49,032 bases of DNA. Origin: Novosphingobium sp. Its GTDB lineage: Bacteria; Pseudomonadota; Alphaproteobacteria; Sphingomonadales; Sphingomonadaceae. The notes beneath the pieces are model-generated. The model was not told the origin of the DNA, made no database searches, and saw only the letters and a program-made list of their open reading frames with translations. How positions within the stretch are numbered: the stretch's first letter is position 1; each line of letters starts with the position of its first letter. The stretch is from positions 1-49,032 of the forward strand of contig JANOGS010000218.1 of assembly GCA_031414115.1 (NCBI GenBank), given 5' to 3'. The translations under genes were made by a program, and so were the position numbers. Below, in pieces: positions 37,070 to 48,289 of the stretch.

Positions 37070-37984
37070 TCAGATCGGGTCATAAGGGAAGACGTGGGCG
37101 GTCACTTCGTCGGCCCGCGCGAACGAGGAACTGAACGAAGGGATCAGTTCCTCAGCGATCGTTTCGGGCGTCCAGCCTTCGGTCTTGGTCATCGAACGGA
37201 CCGGGCGCGGCTTGCCGAACAGGACGATCTCGTTCTTGCGGACCGAGAAGACCTGGTTGTTGACCTCCTTGCTGGCATCGGAAGCGAGATAGACCACCAG
37301 CGGCGCGATCTTGTCGGCGCTCATCGCTTTCAGGCGCTCGACCCGCTCCTTCTGGGCGGGGGTTTCGGCCGGGATCGAGGCGGTCATCCGGCTCCAGGCG
37401 AACGGCGCGATGCAGTTCGAGCGGACCCCGGCGCGGGCCATGTCGAGCGCGATCGAGTGCGACAGCGCCACCAGCCCGAGCTTGGCGGCGGAATAGTTGG
37501 CCTGGCCGACGTTGCCGATCAGCCCGGAGGTGGAGGTGAAGTGGATAAAGCTGCCCGATTGCTGCTCGCGGAAATAGGGGGTGGCGGCCTTGGAGACATT
37601 GAAGGCGCCGGTCAGATTGACGTCGATCACCGCGCGCCAATCCTCGTAGCTCATTTTGTGCCAGATCGCGTCGCGCAGGATCCCGGCGTTGTTGACCACC
37701 GCGTCGATCCGCCCGAAGCGCTGCACTGCATCCTCGATGATTGAGGTTGCCCCCAAGGGATCGGCGACCGAGGCGAAGTTGGCGTGGGCTCTGCCGCCCG
37801 CGGCGATGATGTCATTGGCGGTTTCCTGGGCCGGGCCAGCATCACCGCCCTCACCCCCGCCGCCAACCCCGGGATCGTTGACCACCACCGCGGCGCCGTG
37901 CCGCGCGGCCAGCAGCGCGATCTCACGCCCGACCCCGCGGCCCGATCCGGTAATGGCAATGACCTTGCCTTCAAGCATGCCCAT
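37070..37984 (-). CDS. SDR oxidoreductase (3-hydroxyacyl-CoA dehydrogenase, MFE-2-like)
   Basis: ITGSGRGVG, VVVND, NNAGILRD, STSGLIGNVGQANYSAAK. Confidence 0.92.
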   Translation of the reverse strand: MGMLEGKVIAITGSGRGVGREIALLAARHGAAVVVNDPGVGGGGEGGDAGPAQETANDIIAAGGRAHANFASVADPLGATSIIEDAVQRFGRIDAVVNNAGILRDAIWHKMSYEDWRAVIDVNLTGAFNVSKAATPYFREQQSGSFIHFTSTSGLIGNVGQANYSAAKLGLVALSHSIALDMARAGVRSNCIAPFAWSRMTASIPAETPAQKERVERLKAMSADKIAPLVVYLASDASKEVNNQVFSVRKNEIVLFGKPRPVRSMTKTEGWTPETIAEELIPSFSSSFARADEVTAHVFPYDPI

Positions 37985-37999
37985 CGCGCCGTTGTCCTC

Positions 38000-38019
38000 G
38001 CTTAATCGATCGATTAAGC
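38000..38019. promoter_or_regulatory. Perfect 20-bp palindrome, candidate operator of the acyl-CoA operon
   Basis: GCTTAATCGATCGATTAAGC is self-complementary and lies immediately upstream of the SDR RBS. Confidence 0.7.
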
Positions 38020-38045
38020 AGCCCTTACGAAGCTCGCCGCGAAAA

Positions 38046-38255
38046 TCAACCGGCAGGTTTGACAGGAGCTGGCGCGCTAACTGGTGTTTGCGGCGGCGCG
38101 ATGGCTTCAGCGGGAAGGCGCTCCGCCTCGAGCATTTCGGCGGCGCGGTCGAGCGCCTCGGCTTCGGCAGGGCTGACCCCGCCGGCCTCGCGGCTGTCGG
38201 AACCGCCGCAAGCGGAGAGGACCAGCAACGCGGCCAACAGGATCGGGATACGCAT
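38046..38255 (-). CDS. Small lipoprotein, unknown function
   Basis: MRIPILLAALLVLSAC lipobox, then GGVSPAEAEALDRAAEMLE. Confidence 0.65.
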   Translation of the reverse strand: MRIPILLAALLVLSACGGSDSREAGGVSPAEAEALDRAAEMLEAERLPAEAIAPPQTPVSAPAPVKPAG

Positions 38256-38301
38256 GGCCGCCTGCATAGCCGCAAGCGCGCCAGGGTGAAAGCGGGACGG
38301 T

Positions 38302-38559
38302 CTACTGTGGTACGGCTTCGCTCTCATCAGCGGCTGGGGCAGCGGTTGCGCCATCGGCTGGCGGCGTGGCAACGGCACCTGGCGCAGCGGCGGCGTCGGT
38401 TACCGGGGTGGCGACGGCATCGATATCGCCCACGGCTTCTTCAGCCGGCAGTTCGACATTGTCGGCCTGGGCCTCTTCCTTGGCGCTTTCCGAGCTGCCG
38501 CAGGCGGCAAGGGCAAAGGCAGCTGCCGAAACGAGCGCAAACGGGGCGAGCTTTTTCAT
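38302..38559 (-). CDS. Small acidic Ala-rich lipoprotein, unknown function
   Basis: MKKLAPFALVSAAAFALAAC lipobox, low-complexity tail; RBS GAGGA. Confidence 0.75.
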   Translation of the reverse strand: MKKLAPFALVSAAAFALAACGSSESAKEEAQADNVELPAEEAVGDIDAVATPVTDAAAAPGAVATPPADGATAAPAADESEAVPQ

Positions 38560-38699
38560 GAGGTATCCTCTAACTATCGACGCGGCCCGCAGCGCGAGCA
38601 TGGAGGGGCGACCCGCACGGTTCTAATCCCCCCCGGCGCTGCTGCCAACCGTGCGAATGTGGTGCTTTCAACATATCCCCAAATGGGGCAGTTGATAAG

Positions 38700-38719
38700 A
38701 TATAAAGATTTCTTTATAT
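38700..38719. promoter_or_regulatory. SahR-type operator palindrome overlapping the promoter
   Basis: ATATAAAGA-TT-TCTTTATAT, between TTGATA (38692) and TATGAT (38717-38722), 9 nt upstream of ATG 38729. Confidence 0.8.
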
Positions 38720-38728
38720 GATACAGCA

Positions 38729-39724
38729 ATGCGGATCGAACCGACCCTTCGCGCGCTGGCCGACCCGACCCGGCTCAGGATCATGCGCCTGCTCGCGGCG
38801 ATGGAGCTGGCCGTGGGAGAACTCGCCCAGGTGCTGGGGCAGAGCCAGCCGCGGGTCTCGCGCCACATCCGCATCCTGTGCGATGCCGGCCTCGCCGAAC
38901 GCCGCAAGGAAGGCAGCTGGGTGTTCCTGCGCAGCGCGATCGGCGAGGGCCGGGCGCCGCCGCTGGGCGCCGCCGCCGCCGCGTGCCTGACCGTGGCCGA
39001 GCGCGACGATGCCCAGTTCGCCGCCCGCTGCGCCGAAGACCGCCGCCATCTGGCCGCGATCCGCGCCGCGCGCGAGGCCAGCGCCGCTGCCTATTTCGCC
39101 CGCCACGCCGCCGAATGGGATACCTTGCGCGGCCTCCACAGCCCCGACGGCCCGGTTGAGGAGGCATTGTCCGGAGCGCTGGGCGGGAAATCGCTGGGTG
39201 CGCTGCTCGACGTCGGCACCGGCACCGGCCGCATTGCCGAACTGTTCGCGCCGCGCGCCCGCCAGGTCACTGCGCTCGACATGAGCCCGGAAATGCTGCG
39301 GATCGCCCGGACCCGGCTGCAACACCTGCCCGCCGATCAGATCAGCCTGGTCCAGGGTGATTTTTCAGCGCTGCCCTTTGCCGAAGCCGCGTTCGACACG
39401 GTGCTGTTCCACCAGGTTCTCCATTATGCCCAAGACCCGGGCGCGGTGCTGGCCGAAGCGGCGCGCGTCACATGCCCCGGCGGCCGCATCGCGGTGGTCG
39501 ATTTCGCTGCGCACGACCGCGAAGAGCTGCGCGTCAGCCACGCCCATGCCCGGCTGGGCTTTTCCGACGAGCAGATGCTGGCCTTCCTCTCCGAAGCGGG
39601 CTTCGCCGCCGCCCCGCCGCTGGCGCTGCCAGGCAAGCCGCTGACCGTGAAAATCTGGACCGGGCGCCGCGAACCGCTTGGAGCCACCAGTTCGCGCAAC
39701 GCCGCGCGGGGAGCAACAGCATGA
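38729..39724 (+). CDS. sahR: ArsR-HTH + SAM-methyltransferase-fold regulator (SahR)
   Basis: LRALADPTRLRI, GQSQPRVSRH; LLDVGTGTG SAM motif; first gene of the metF-metH operon. Confidence 0.88.
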   Translation: MRIEPTLRALADPTRLRIMRLLAAMELAVGELAQVLGQSQPRVSRHIRILCDAGLAERRKEGSWVFLRSAIGEGRAPPLGAAAAACLTVAERDDAQFAARCAEDRRHLAAIRAAREASAAAYFARHAAEWDTLRGLHSPDGPVEEALSGALGGKSLGALLDVGTGTGRIAELFAPRARQVTALDMSPEMLRIARTRLQHLPADQISLVQGDFSALPFAEAAFDTVLFHQVLHYAQDPGAVLAEAARVTCPGGRIAVVDFAAHDREELRVSHAHARLGFSDEQMLAFLSEAGFAAAPPLALPGKPLTVKIWTGRREPLGATSSRNAARGATA

Positions 39725-40626
39725 ACGCGACATCGATCCTGCGCGGTGTCGAAGACCGGCCGCTGTTTGCGATGATCCCGGGTGACTTCAACGTCTCGTT
39801 CGAATTCTTCCCGCCGAAGACCGAGAAGATGGAAGAAGCGCTGTGGGAAGCGGTGCTCGAACTGGCGCCGCTGCGGCCAAAGTTCGTCTCGGTCACCTAC
39901 GGCGCGGGCGGCTCGACCCGCGAACGCACCCACGCCACGGTTGCGCGGGTTCTGGCCGAAACCGACCTTGTTCCGGCCGCGCATCTCACCTGCGTCGCCG
40001 CCAGCAAGGCAGAGATTGCCGAGGTGGCCGAGTGCTACTGGGAAGCCGGCGTGCGCCACATCGTCGCGCTGCGCGGCGATCCTCCGCCCGAGACTGGCGG
40101 ACGATTCGTGCCCCATCCGCAGGGCTATGCCAGCGCCGCAGAGCTGGTCGCGGGGCTGAGAGCGCTCCGCGATTTCGACATATCGGTCGCCGCCTATCCC
40201 GAAGTGCACCCCGATGCGACGAGCGCCGAGGCCGATCTCGACAACCTCAAGCGCAAGCTGGATGCCGGAGCGAGCCGTGCGATCACCCAGTTCTTCTATT
40301 CGACCGAAGCCTATTTCCGCTTTCTCGACCGTGCGCTGGCGGCCGGGATCAGCACCCCGATCCTGCCGGGCATCATGCCGGTGACCAATTTCGCCGCGAT
40401 CCGGCGGATGTCGGGTAACACCGAGATTCCCGGCTGGATGGAGCGCATCTTCGAGGGGCTCGACGGTCTGCCCGTGCCGCGCTCGATGATCTCCGCCGCG
40501 GTTGCCACCGACCTGTGCCGCCGACTCTATCAAGGCGGGATCCGCGATTTCCACTTCTACACGCTCAACCGTGCCGACCAGACCTATGCGATTTGCCACC
40601 TGTTAGGATTGCGAGCCCAGCCATGA
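39721..40626 (+). CDS. metF: 5,10-methylenetetrahydrofolate reductase
   Basis: SFEFFPPK, SVTYGAGGSTR, AHLTC, ALRGD, AAYPEVHP, AITQFF, HFYTLN. Confidence 0.97.
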   Translation: MNATSILRGVEDRPLFAMIPGDFNVSFEFFPPKTEKMEEALWEAVLELAPLRPKFVSVTYGAGGSTRERTHATVARVLAETDLVPAAHLTCVAASKAEIAEVAECYWEAGVRHIVALRGDPPPETGGRFVPHPQGYASAAELVAGLRALRDFDISVAAYPEVHPDATSAEADLDNLKRKLDAGASRAITQFFYSTEAYFRFLDRALAAGISTPILPGIMPVTNFAAIRRMSGNTEIPGWMERIFEGLDGLPVPRSMISAAVATDLCRRLYQGGIRDFHFYTLNRADQTYAICHLLGLRAQP

Positions 40627-41669
40627 CCCCGCGCGAAACCCTGCTGGCCGAAGCGGCCAAGGCGATCCTGATCAAGGACGGGCCCTATGGCACCGCGATC
40701 CAGAACGCCAAGCTAAGCGAGGCCGACTATCGCGGTGACACCGGGCTGGAGCGCGACCAGAAGGGCAACAACGATCTGGTCAATCTGACCCGCCCCGCGC
40801 TGATCCGCGCGATCTGCTATGGCTATATCGGCGCCGGGGCGCGGCTGCTGGCGACCAACAGCTTCAACGCCAACCGGATCAGCCAGGCCGATTACGGAGC
40901 GGAAGCGCTGGTGCAAGAGATCAACGTCGCGGCGGCGCGGGTAATCAGGGAAGCCGTCGACGCCGCCAGCGCCGCCGATGGCCTGCCGCGCTGGGTGGCA
41001 GGCGCGGTGGGGCCGACCAACAAGACCCTCTCGCTCTCCCCTGATGTCAACGATCCCGGCTTTCGCGAGGTCGATTTCGATCATGTCAAGGATGTCTACC
41101 GCGAGCAGGCCGCAGCGCTGGTCGCAGGCGGGGCCGACTTCATCTTGATCGAGACGGTGTTCGACACCCTCAACTGCAAGGCCGGGATTCTGGCGGTGCG
41201 CGAGCTCGAGCGCGAGCTGGGCCGCGAAGTGCCCTTGATGCTGTCAATGACGCTGACCGACCTTTCGGGCCGCAACCTTTCGGGCCACACGGTCGAGGCG
41301 TTTTGGCAAACCGTGCGTCATGCCCGCCCTGTTACCATCGGCCTCAATTGCAGCTTCGGCGCGGCGCAGCTGCGCCCGCATGTCCGGCTGCTCAGCGGGA
41401 TCGCCGATTGCCTGCTGATGGCCTACCCCAACGCCGGACTGCCCAACGAGCTGGGCGCCTATGACGAACTCCCCGAAACCTCCGCCGCGCTGGTGCGCGA
41501 ATGGGCCGAGGCGGGGCAGGTCAACCTGCTGGGCGGATGCTGCGGCAATACGCCCGAGCACATCGCGGCGATGGCCCGCGCGGTTGAGGGCCTCAAGCCG
41601 CGGGCGATCCCCGAGCCGCCAAAAGTGACCTGCCTCGCGGGTCTCGAACCCTTCATCATGGCGGCCTGA
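40623..41669 (+). CDS. metH: Methionine synthase homocysteine-binding subunit (stand-alone MetH N-terminal domain)
   Basis: [48 protein letters not shown] (Zn ligands). Confidence 0.93.
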   Translation: MTPRETLLAEAAKAILIKDGPYGTAIQNAKLSEADYRGDTGLERDQKGNNDLVNLTRPALIRAICYGYIGAGARLLATNSFNANRISQADYGAEALVQEINVAAARVIREAVDAASAADGLPRWVAGAVGPTNKTLSLSPDVNDPGFREVDFDHVKDVYREQAAALVAGGADFILIETVFDTLNCKAGILAVRELERELGREVPLMLSMTLTDLSGRNLSGHTVEAFWQTVRHARPVTIGLNCSFGAAQLRPHVRLLSGIADCLLMAYPNAGLPNELGAYDELPETSAALVREWAEAGQVNLLGGCCGNTPEHIAAMARAVEGLKPRAIPEPPKVTCLAGLEPFIMAA

Positions 41670-41674
41670 AGCGC

Positions 41675-44275
<2,601 letters not shown>

Positions 44276-44330
44276 CGCTGGCAATCCTGCCGCGCCCCGC
44301 TAACCCTTGGGCCAGACGGGGAGAATCGCG

Positions 44331-45143
44331 ATGGAACAGTTCAGCATCGGGCGGGTGTTTTCGCGCGCTTTCGCCCTGATCCGTGACAGCTTTGCCAGCG
44401 TCGGGCTGTTCGTGCTGCTGCTGCTGGTGATTGAAACCGCGTTAAGCCTGGCGCTGCAACCGATGATGCTGGCGAGCATGCAGGCTGCGGTGGCCTCGCC
44501 CGAAGCCGCGCCGGGCGGCAATCCGGCCCTGGCGATGTTCCAATCGGCCTGGTACTGGATAGTCGTGCTGACCGGGATCCTGGTTTCGGGCCTGGCCTGG
44601 TCGGGCGGAGTCTCCGGACTGCTGCAACAGGCCGACAAGGGCAGCATCACCCTGCCTGAGTGCTTTGAGCGCGGCGTGGCGACGTTTCTGCCCGTGCTGG
44701 GGCTGACGATCCTGTGGTGGCTGGGCGTCATGCTCGGCTGGATCGCATTGATCGTGCCCGCCACGATTCTGGTTTCGATGTGGGCAGTCGCGCTTCCCGC
44801 CATGCTCAGCGAAGGACTGGGCGTGTTCGCCGCCTTTGGACGCAGCCGCGCGCTGACCCGTGGCCACCGCCTGTCGATCTTCGGCGTGCTGTTCCTGCTG
44901 GTCATCGTCTACTACGTGCTGGCGATTGTGATCGCCGGATCGATGCTCGGCGCCGGCGCGCTGTCCGGCATGGCCTCGCTCGAAAACCTCGGCAATATCA
45001 GCCCGTGGATGACGCTGATCTCGCTGCCGGTTGCCTGGGTTTCGGGCATGTTGCTGAAGTCGGTGGTGACCTCGCTCTATCTCGAAACCGTGCTGGTCAA
45101 GGAAGGCGCGCGCACCAATCGGTTGACCGGCGTGTTTGAGTGA
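44331..45143 (+). CDS. Multi-pass membrane protein of unknown function
   Basis: About six hydrophobic segments; FSIGRVFSRAF start and E..G...AFGRSRALTRG motif; RBS GGGGAG. Confidence 0.8.
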   Translation: MEQFSIGRVFSRAFALIRDSFASVGLFVLLLLVIETALSLALQPMMLASMQAAVASPEAAPGGNPALAMFQSAWYWIVVLTGILVSGLAWSGGVSGLLQQADKGSITLPECFERGVATFLPVLGLTILWWLGVMLGWIALIVPATILVSMWAVALPAMLSEGLGVFAAFGRSRALTRGHRLSIFGVLFLLVIVYYVLAIVIAGSMLGAGALSGMASLENLGNISPWMTLISLPVAWVSGMLLKSVVTSLYLETVLVKEGARTNRLTGVFE

Positions 45144-46339
45144 TTGCGCCAGCCCGGCTCGGGCGCCCGCTCGCCGCCCTGCTCGCCTTTCTCGCCGCTC
45201 CCGCCTTCGCCGCACCCCCGGCTTCAGTCGCAGTCGCTTTCGACCGCCAGGCCATCCGCCCGGTGCTCGCCGAGGGGCTGGCCGACCGCAGTAGCAACCG
45301 CGCGGTCACCGCCGACGATCCGGTGCGGATCGCCTCGGTCTCCAAGCTGGTCACCGCGCTGGGGGTGATGCGGATGGTTGACCGGGGCGAGCTCGAGCTT
45401 GACCGCGATGTCTCCGACTACCTCGGCTGGAGCCTGCGCAATCCGGCCTTCCCTGACCGGCCAATTACCCTGCGCTTGCTGCTTTCGCACCAGTCGAGCC
45501 TGATCGACGGCGAGGATCTTTACATCGTCCCGCTCGGCGTCACCCTGCGCGAACGGCTGGCCGATCTGCGGGTGTGGGACAGTGCCCATGCCCCCGCCAG
45601 CGACTGGTTCCACTACAGCAACATCAACTTCCCGGTGGTGGCAAGCGTGATGGAGCGGGCGTCGGGCGAGCGCTTCGATGTGCTGATGCGCCGCCTGGTG
45701 CTGAAGCCGCTGAAGCTCGACGCCTGCTTCAACTGGGGCGCCGGGTGCTCGCCAAAGGCGCTGTCACGGGCGGTGGTGCTCTACCGCGTCAGCGGCAAAG
45801 TGGCGCGCGACGATCTTAACGGCCGTCCGCCCGCCTGCCCGGTGGTGCCTGCGGCAGACGGCTCGTGCGATCTGACCGGCTACACCCCCGGCTGGAACGG
45901 CGCGCTGTTCAGCCCGCATGGGGGCCTGAGGATTTCGATGCGCGGTCTTGCCCGGATCGGGCAGATGCTGGCACGCGGCGGCACGGACTTCCTCTCGCGC
46001 AAGGCCGTTGCCGAGCTGACCCAGCCGCGCTGGCGCTTTGACGGCAGCAACGGCGTGGGCGAGTACGGCGAGCCGGACGGGTTCTTCTGCGTCCATGCCC
46101 TTGCCGTCCAGCAGATCGGATCGCGCGGGGCCCATTGCCGTGACGACCTGTTCGATGATCGCACCCCCCGGCTCGGCCATGCGGGCGAAGCCTATGGCTT
46201 GCGTTCGGGCCTGTGGTGGGACCCGGTCAGCGGCAAGGGGCTGGCCTTCTTCACCAGCGCGGTGGCCGATGATACCCCCCAGGGCCGCAGCGCCTTCACC
46301 GCGATCGAAGAAGCCCTTGTGGAGAGAGCCGCGCGCTGA
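45140..46339 (+). CDS. Secreted serine hydrolase, beta-lactamase/AmpC-like family
   Basis: Signal peptide, RIASVSK (SxxK), LLSHQSS, FHYSN, GHAGEAYG. Confidence 0.9.
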   Translation: MIAPARLGRPLAALLAFLAAPAFAAPPASVAVAFDRQAIRPVLAEGLADRSSNRAVTADDPVRIASVSKLVTALGVMRMVDRGELELDRDVSDYLGWSLRNPAFPDRPITLRLLLSHQSSLIDGEDLYIVPLGVTLRERLADLRVWDSAHAPASDWFHYSNINFPVVASVMERASGERFDVLMRRLVLKPLKLDACFNWGAGCSPKALSRAVVLYRVSGKVARDDLNGRPPACPVVPAADGSCDLTGYTPGWNGALFSPHGGLRISMRGLARIGQMLARGGTDFLSRKAVAELTQPRWRFDGSNGVGEYGEPDGFFCVHALAVQQIGSRGAHCRDDLFDDRTPRLGHAGEAYGLRSGLWWDPVSGKGLAFFTSAVADDTPQGRSAFTAIEEALVERAAR

Positions 46340-46377
46340 CCCTTCCGGAATGCTTCGCCACCAGCTAGGCGGTTGCC

Positions 46378-48165
46378 GTGATCGCCGCGCCTGACCTTCT
46401 CGACCAGCTCCACGCCACCTTCGGCTTCTCCGCCTTCCGCGGGGTGCAGGATCAGGTGGTGGGCCGGGTGCTGGCCGGACAATCGACCCTGGCGGTGATG
46501 CCCACCGGCGCGGGCAAGTCGCTTACCTTTCAGCTCCCCGCAGTGGTCCAGCAGGGGACCTGCGTGGTGATAAGCCCGCTGATCGCGCTGATGCACGATC
46601 AGCTGCGCAGCGCCCAGGCCAACGGCATCCGCGCCGCCAGCCTGACCAGCGCCGATGGCGAGGAATCCCGCGAGGCGACGATCGACGCTTTCCGCAGCGG
46701 CGAGCTCGACCTGCTCTATGTCGCGCCGGAGCGCGCCAGCCAGCCGCATTTCCGTGAGTTGCTCTCGAAAGCGCAGATCTGCCTGTTCGCGATCGACGAG
46801 GCGCACTGCGTGTCCGAATGGGGCCACGATTTCCGCCCGGACTACCGCCTGCTGCGCCCGCTGCTGGACTCCTTTGGGCAGGTGCCGCGGCTGGCGCTGA
46901 CCGCCACCGCCGATGCCCGCACCCGCGCCGACATTCTCGGCCAGCTCGGGATCCCGGAGGACGGCCTGATCATCGCCGGGTTCGACCGGCCCAACATCCG
47001 CTACGCGATCCGCCACCGCGACAACCCGGTGCGCCAGCTGGTGACGCTGATGGCCGAACAGCCCGGGCCGGGGATCGTCTATGCTCCAACCCGCAAGAAG
47101 ACCGAGGACATCGCCGAGAAGCTCAGTGCGGCGACCGGCCGCACCGTGCTGCCCTATCACGCCGGGCTGCCGCCGGAGGTGCGCGCCGCCAATCAGGCGG
47201 CATTCGTCGCCAGCGAGGACATGGTGATCGTCGCCACGGTTGCCTTCGGGATGGGGATCGACAAGCCCGACGTGCGCTTTGTGGCCCATGCCGGGGTGCC
47301 CAAGTCGATCGAGGCCTATTACCAGGAAACCGGCCGCGCCGGGCGCGACGGCGATGCCGCAGTGGCGCTGCTGCTGTGGGCGGCCGAAGACTTTGCCCGC
47401 GCCCGCCACCGCCTGAACGAAGTCGAGGAGCACCGCCGCGAGGGCGAGCGGGCGCGGCTTGAGGCCCTGGCCCGGCTGGTCGAGACCGCCGGCTGCCGCC
47501 GGGCGCTGCTGCTCCGCCATTTCGGCGAGGACCCTCCGCAAAGCTGCGGCAATTGCGACAACTGCCTCGAGGCACCGGGCGTGGTCGATGCAACCCAGGC
47601 GGCGCAAAAGCTGCTCTCGGCGGTCTACCGCACCGGGCAGAGCTTCGGTTTCGGCCATATCGAGAAGGTGCTGACCGGCGCCAGCGACGAGCGGGTGATC
47701 AGCCGCGGGCATGACCAGCTCTCGGTATTCGGGATCATCGCGGCGGAGGAAGCCTACCTGCTCCGCCCCCTGGCGCGCGCGCTGCAGGCGCGCGGCAGCC
47801 TGGTCCCGACCGAGCACGGCGGGCTGGCACTGGGCGGTGATGCCCGCGCGATCCTGAAGGGCGAGGCAGCAGTGCTGATCGCGCTGGCGGCCAAGCCCGA
47901 GCGTAGCCGCAAGGCCCGCCGCGAGCGTTCGGGCGCGGTCAACCCGCTGGGCGATCCGCTGTTCGAGGCGCTGCGCGCGCTGCGCCGCGATCTTGCCGCC
48001 GAAGCAGGCCTGCCGCCCTATGTGATCTTCCACGATTCGACCCTGCGCGAGATGGCCGCGGTCCGCCCCGCCACTCTCGCCGCGCTGGGCGAGATCGGCG
48101 GGGTGGGTGCGCGCAAGCTGGAGGCTTACGGGGATGCGTTCATCCGGGTTATTCAGAGTCATTGA
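46378..48165 (+). CDS. recQ: DNA helicase RecQ
   Basis: MPTGAGKS, DEAHCVSEWGHDFRP, ALTATA, ATVAFGMGIDK, YYQETGRAGRDG, CRR...CGNCDNC, HRDC domain (PPYVIFHD). Confidence 0.98.
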   Translation: MIAAPDLLDQLHATFGFSAFRGVQDQVVGRVLAGQSTLAVMPTGAGKSLTFQLPAVVQQGTCVVISPLIALMHDQLRSAQANGIRAASLTSADGEESREATIDAFRSGELDLLYVAPERASQPHFRELLSKAQICLFAIDEAHCVSEWGHDFRPDYRLLRPLLDSFGQVPRLALTATADARTRADILGQLGIPEDGLIIAGFDRPNIRYAIRHRDNPVRQLVTLMAEQPGPGIVYAPTRKKTEDIAEKLSAATGRTVLPYHAGLPPEVRAANQAAFVASEDMVIVATVAFGMGIDKPDVRFVAHAGVPKSIEAYYQETGRAGRDGDAAVALLLWAAEDFARARHRLNEVEEHRREGERARLEALARLVETAGCRRALLLRHFGEDPPQSCGNCDNCLEAPGVVDATQAAQKLLSAVYRTGQSFGFGHIEKVLTGASDERVISRGHDQLSVFGIIAAEEAYLLRPLARALQARGSLVPTEHGGLALGGDARAILKGEAAVLIALAAKPERSRKARRERSGAVNPLGDPLFEALRALRRDLAAEAGLPPYVIFHDSTLREMAAVRPATLAALGEIGGVGARKLEAYGDAFIRVIQSH

Positions 48166-48196
48166 TGGGTGCGCTATTCGCATCCGCGAACAGCTT

Positions 48197-48280
48197 GCAA
48201 CACCGGCCCGTTCCCCCTCCCGGCCACCCATTGGGTAACCTATAGTTGGGTGGCCGGGAGGGGGAGCGGGCCGGTGTTGC
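48197..48280. repeat. Long hairpin (34-bp stem, 16-nt loop) between convergent recQ and terC
   Basis: 48197-48230 matches the reverse complement of 48247-48280 at 33/34; the one mismatch is a U-G wobble on the + strand. Confidence 0.85.
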
Positions 48281-48289
48281 TTCCAGCCG

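Noticed and set aside
38002-38017. CtrA box
   Set aside because: Spacing is TTAA-N8-TTAA rather than N7, and the site is a full palindrome more typical of a dimeric repressor operator.
38560-38728. SAM or cobalamin riboswitch ahead of the met operon
   Set aside because: The promoter appears to sit immediately before the sahR ATG, leaving no leader; no riboswitch consensus recognised.
45140-46339. Antibiotic-resistance beta-lactamase
   Set aside because: Only generic SxxK/YxN serine-hydrolase motifs; many such proteins are esterases or peptidases.
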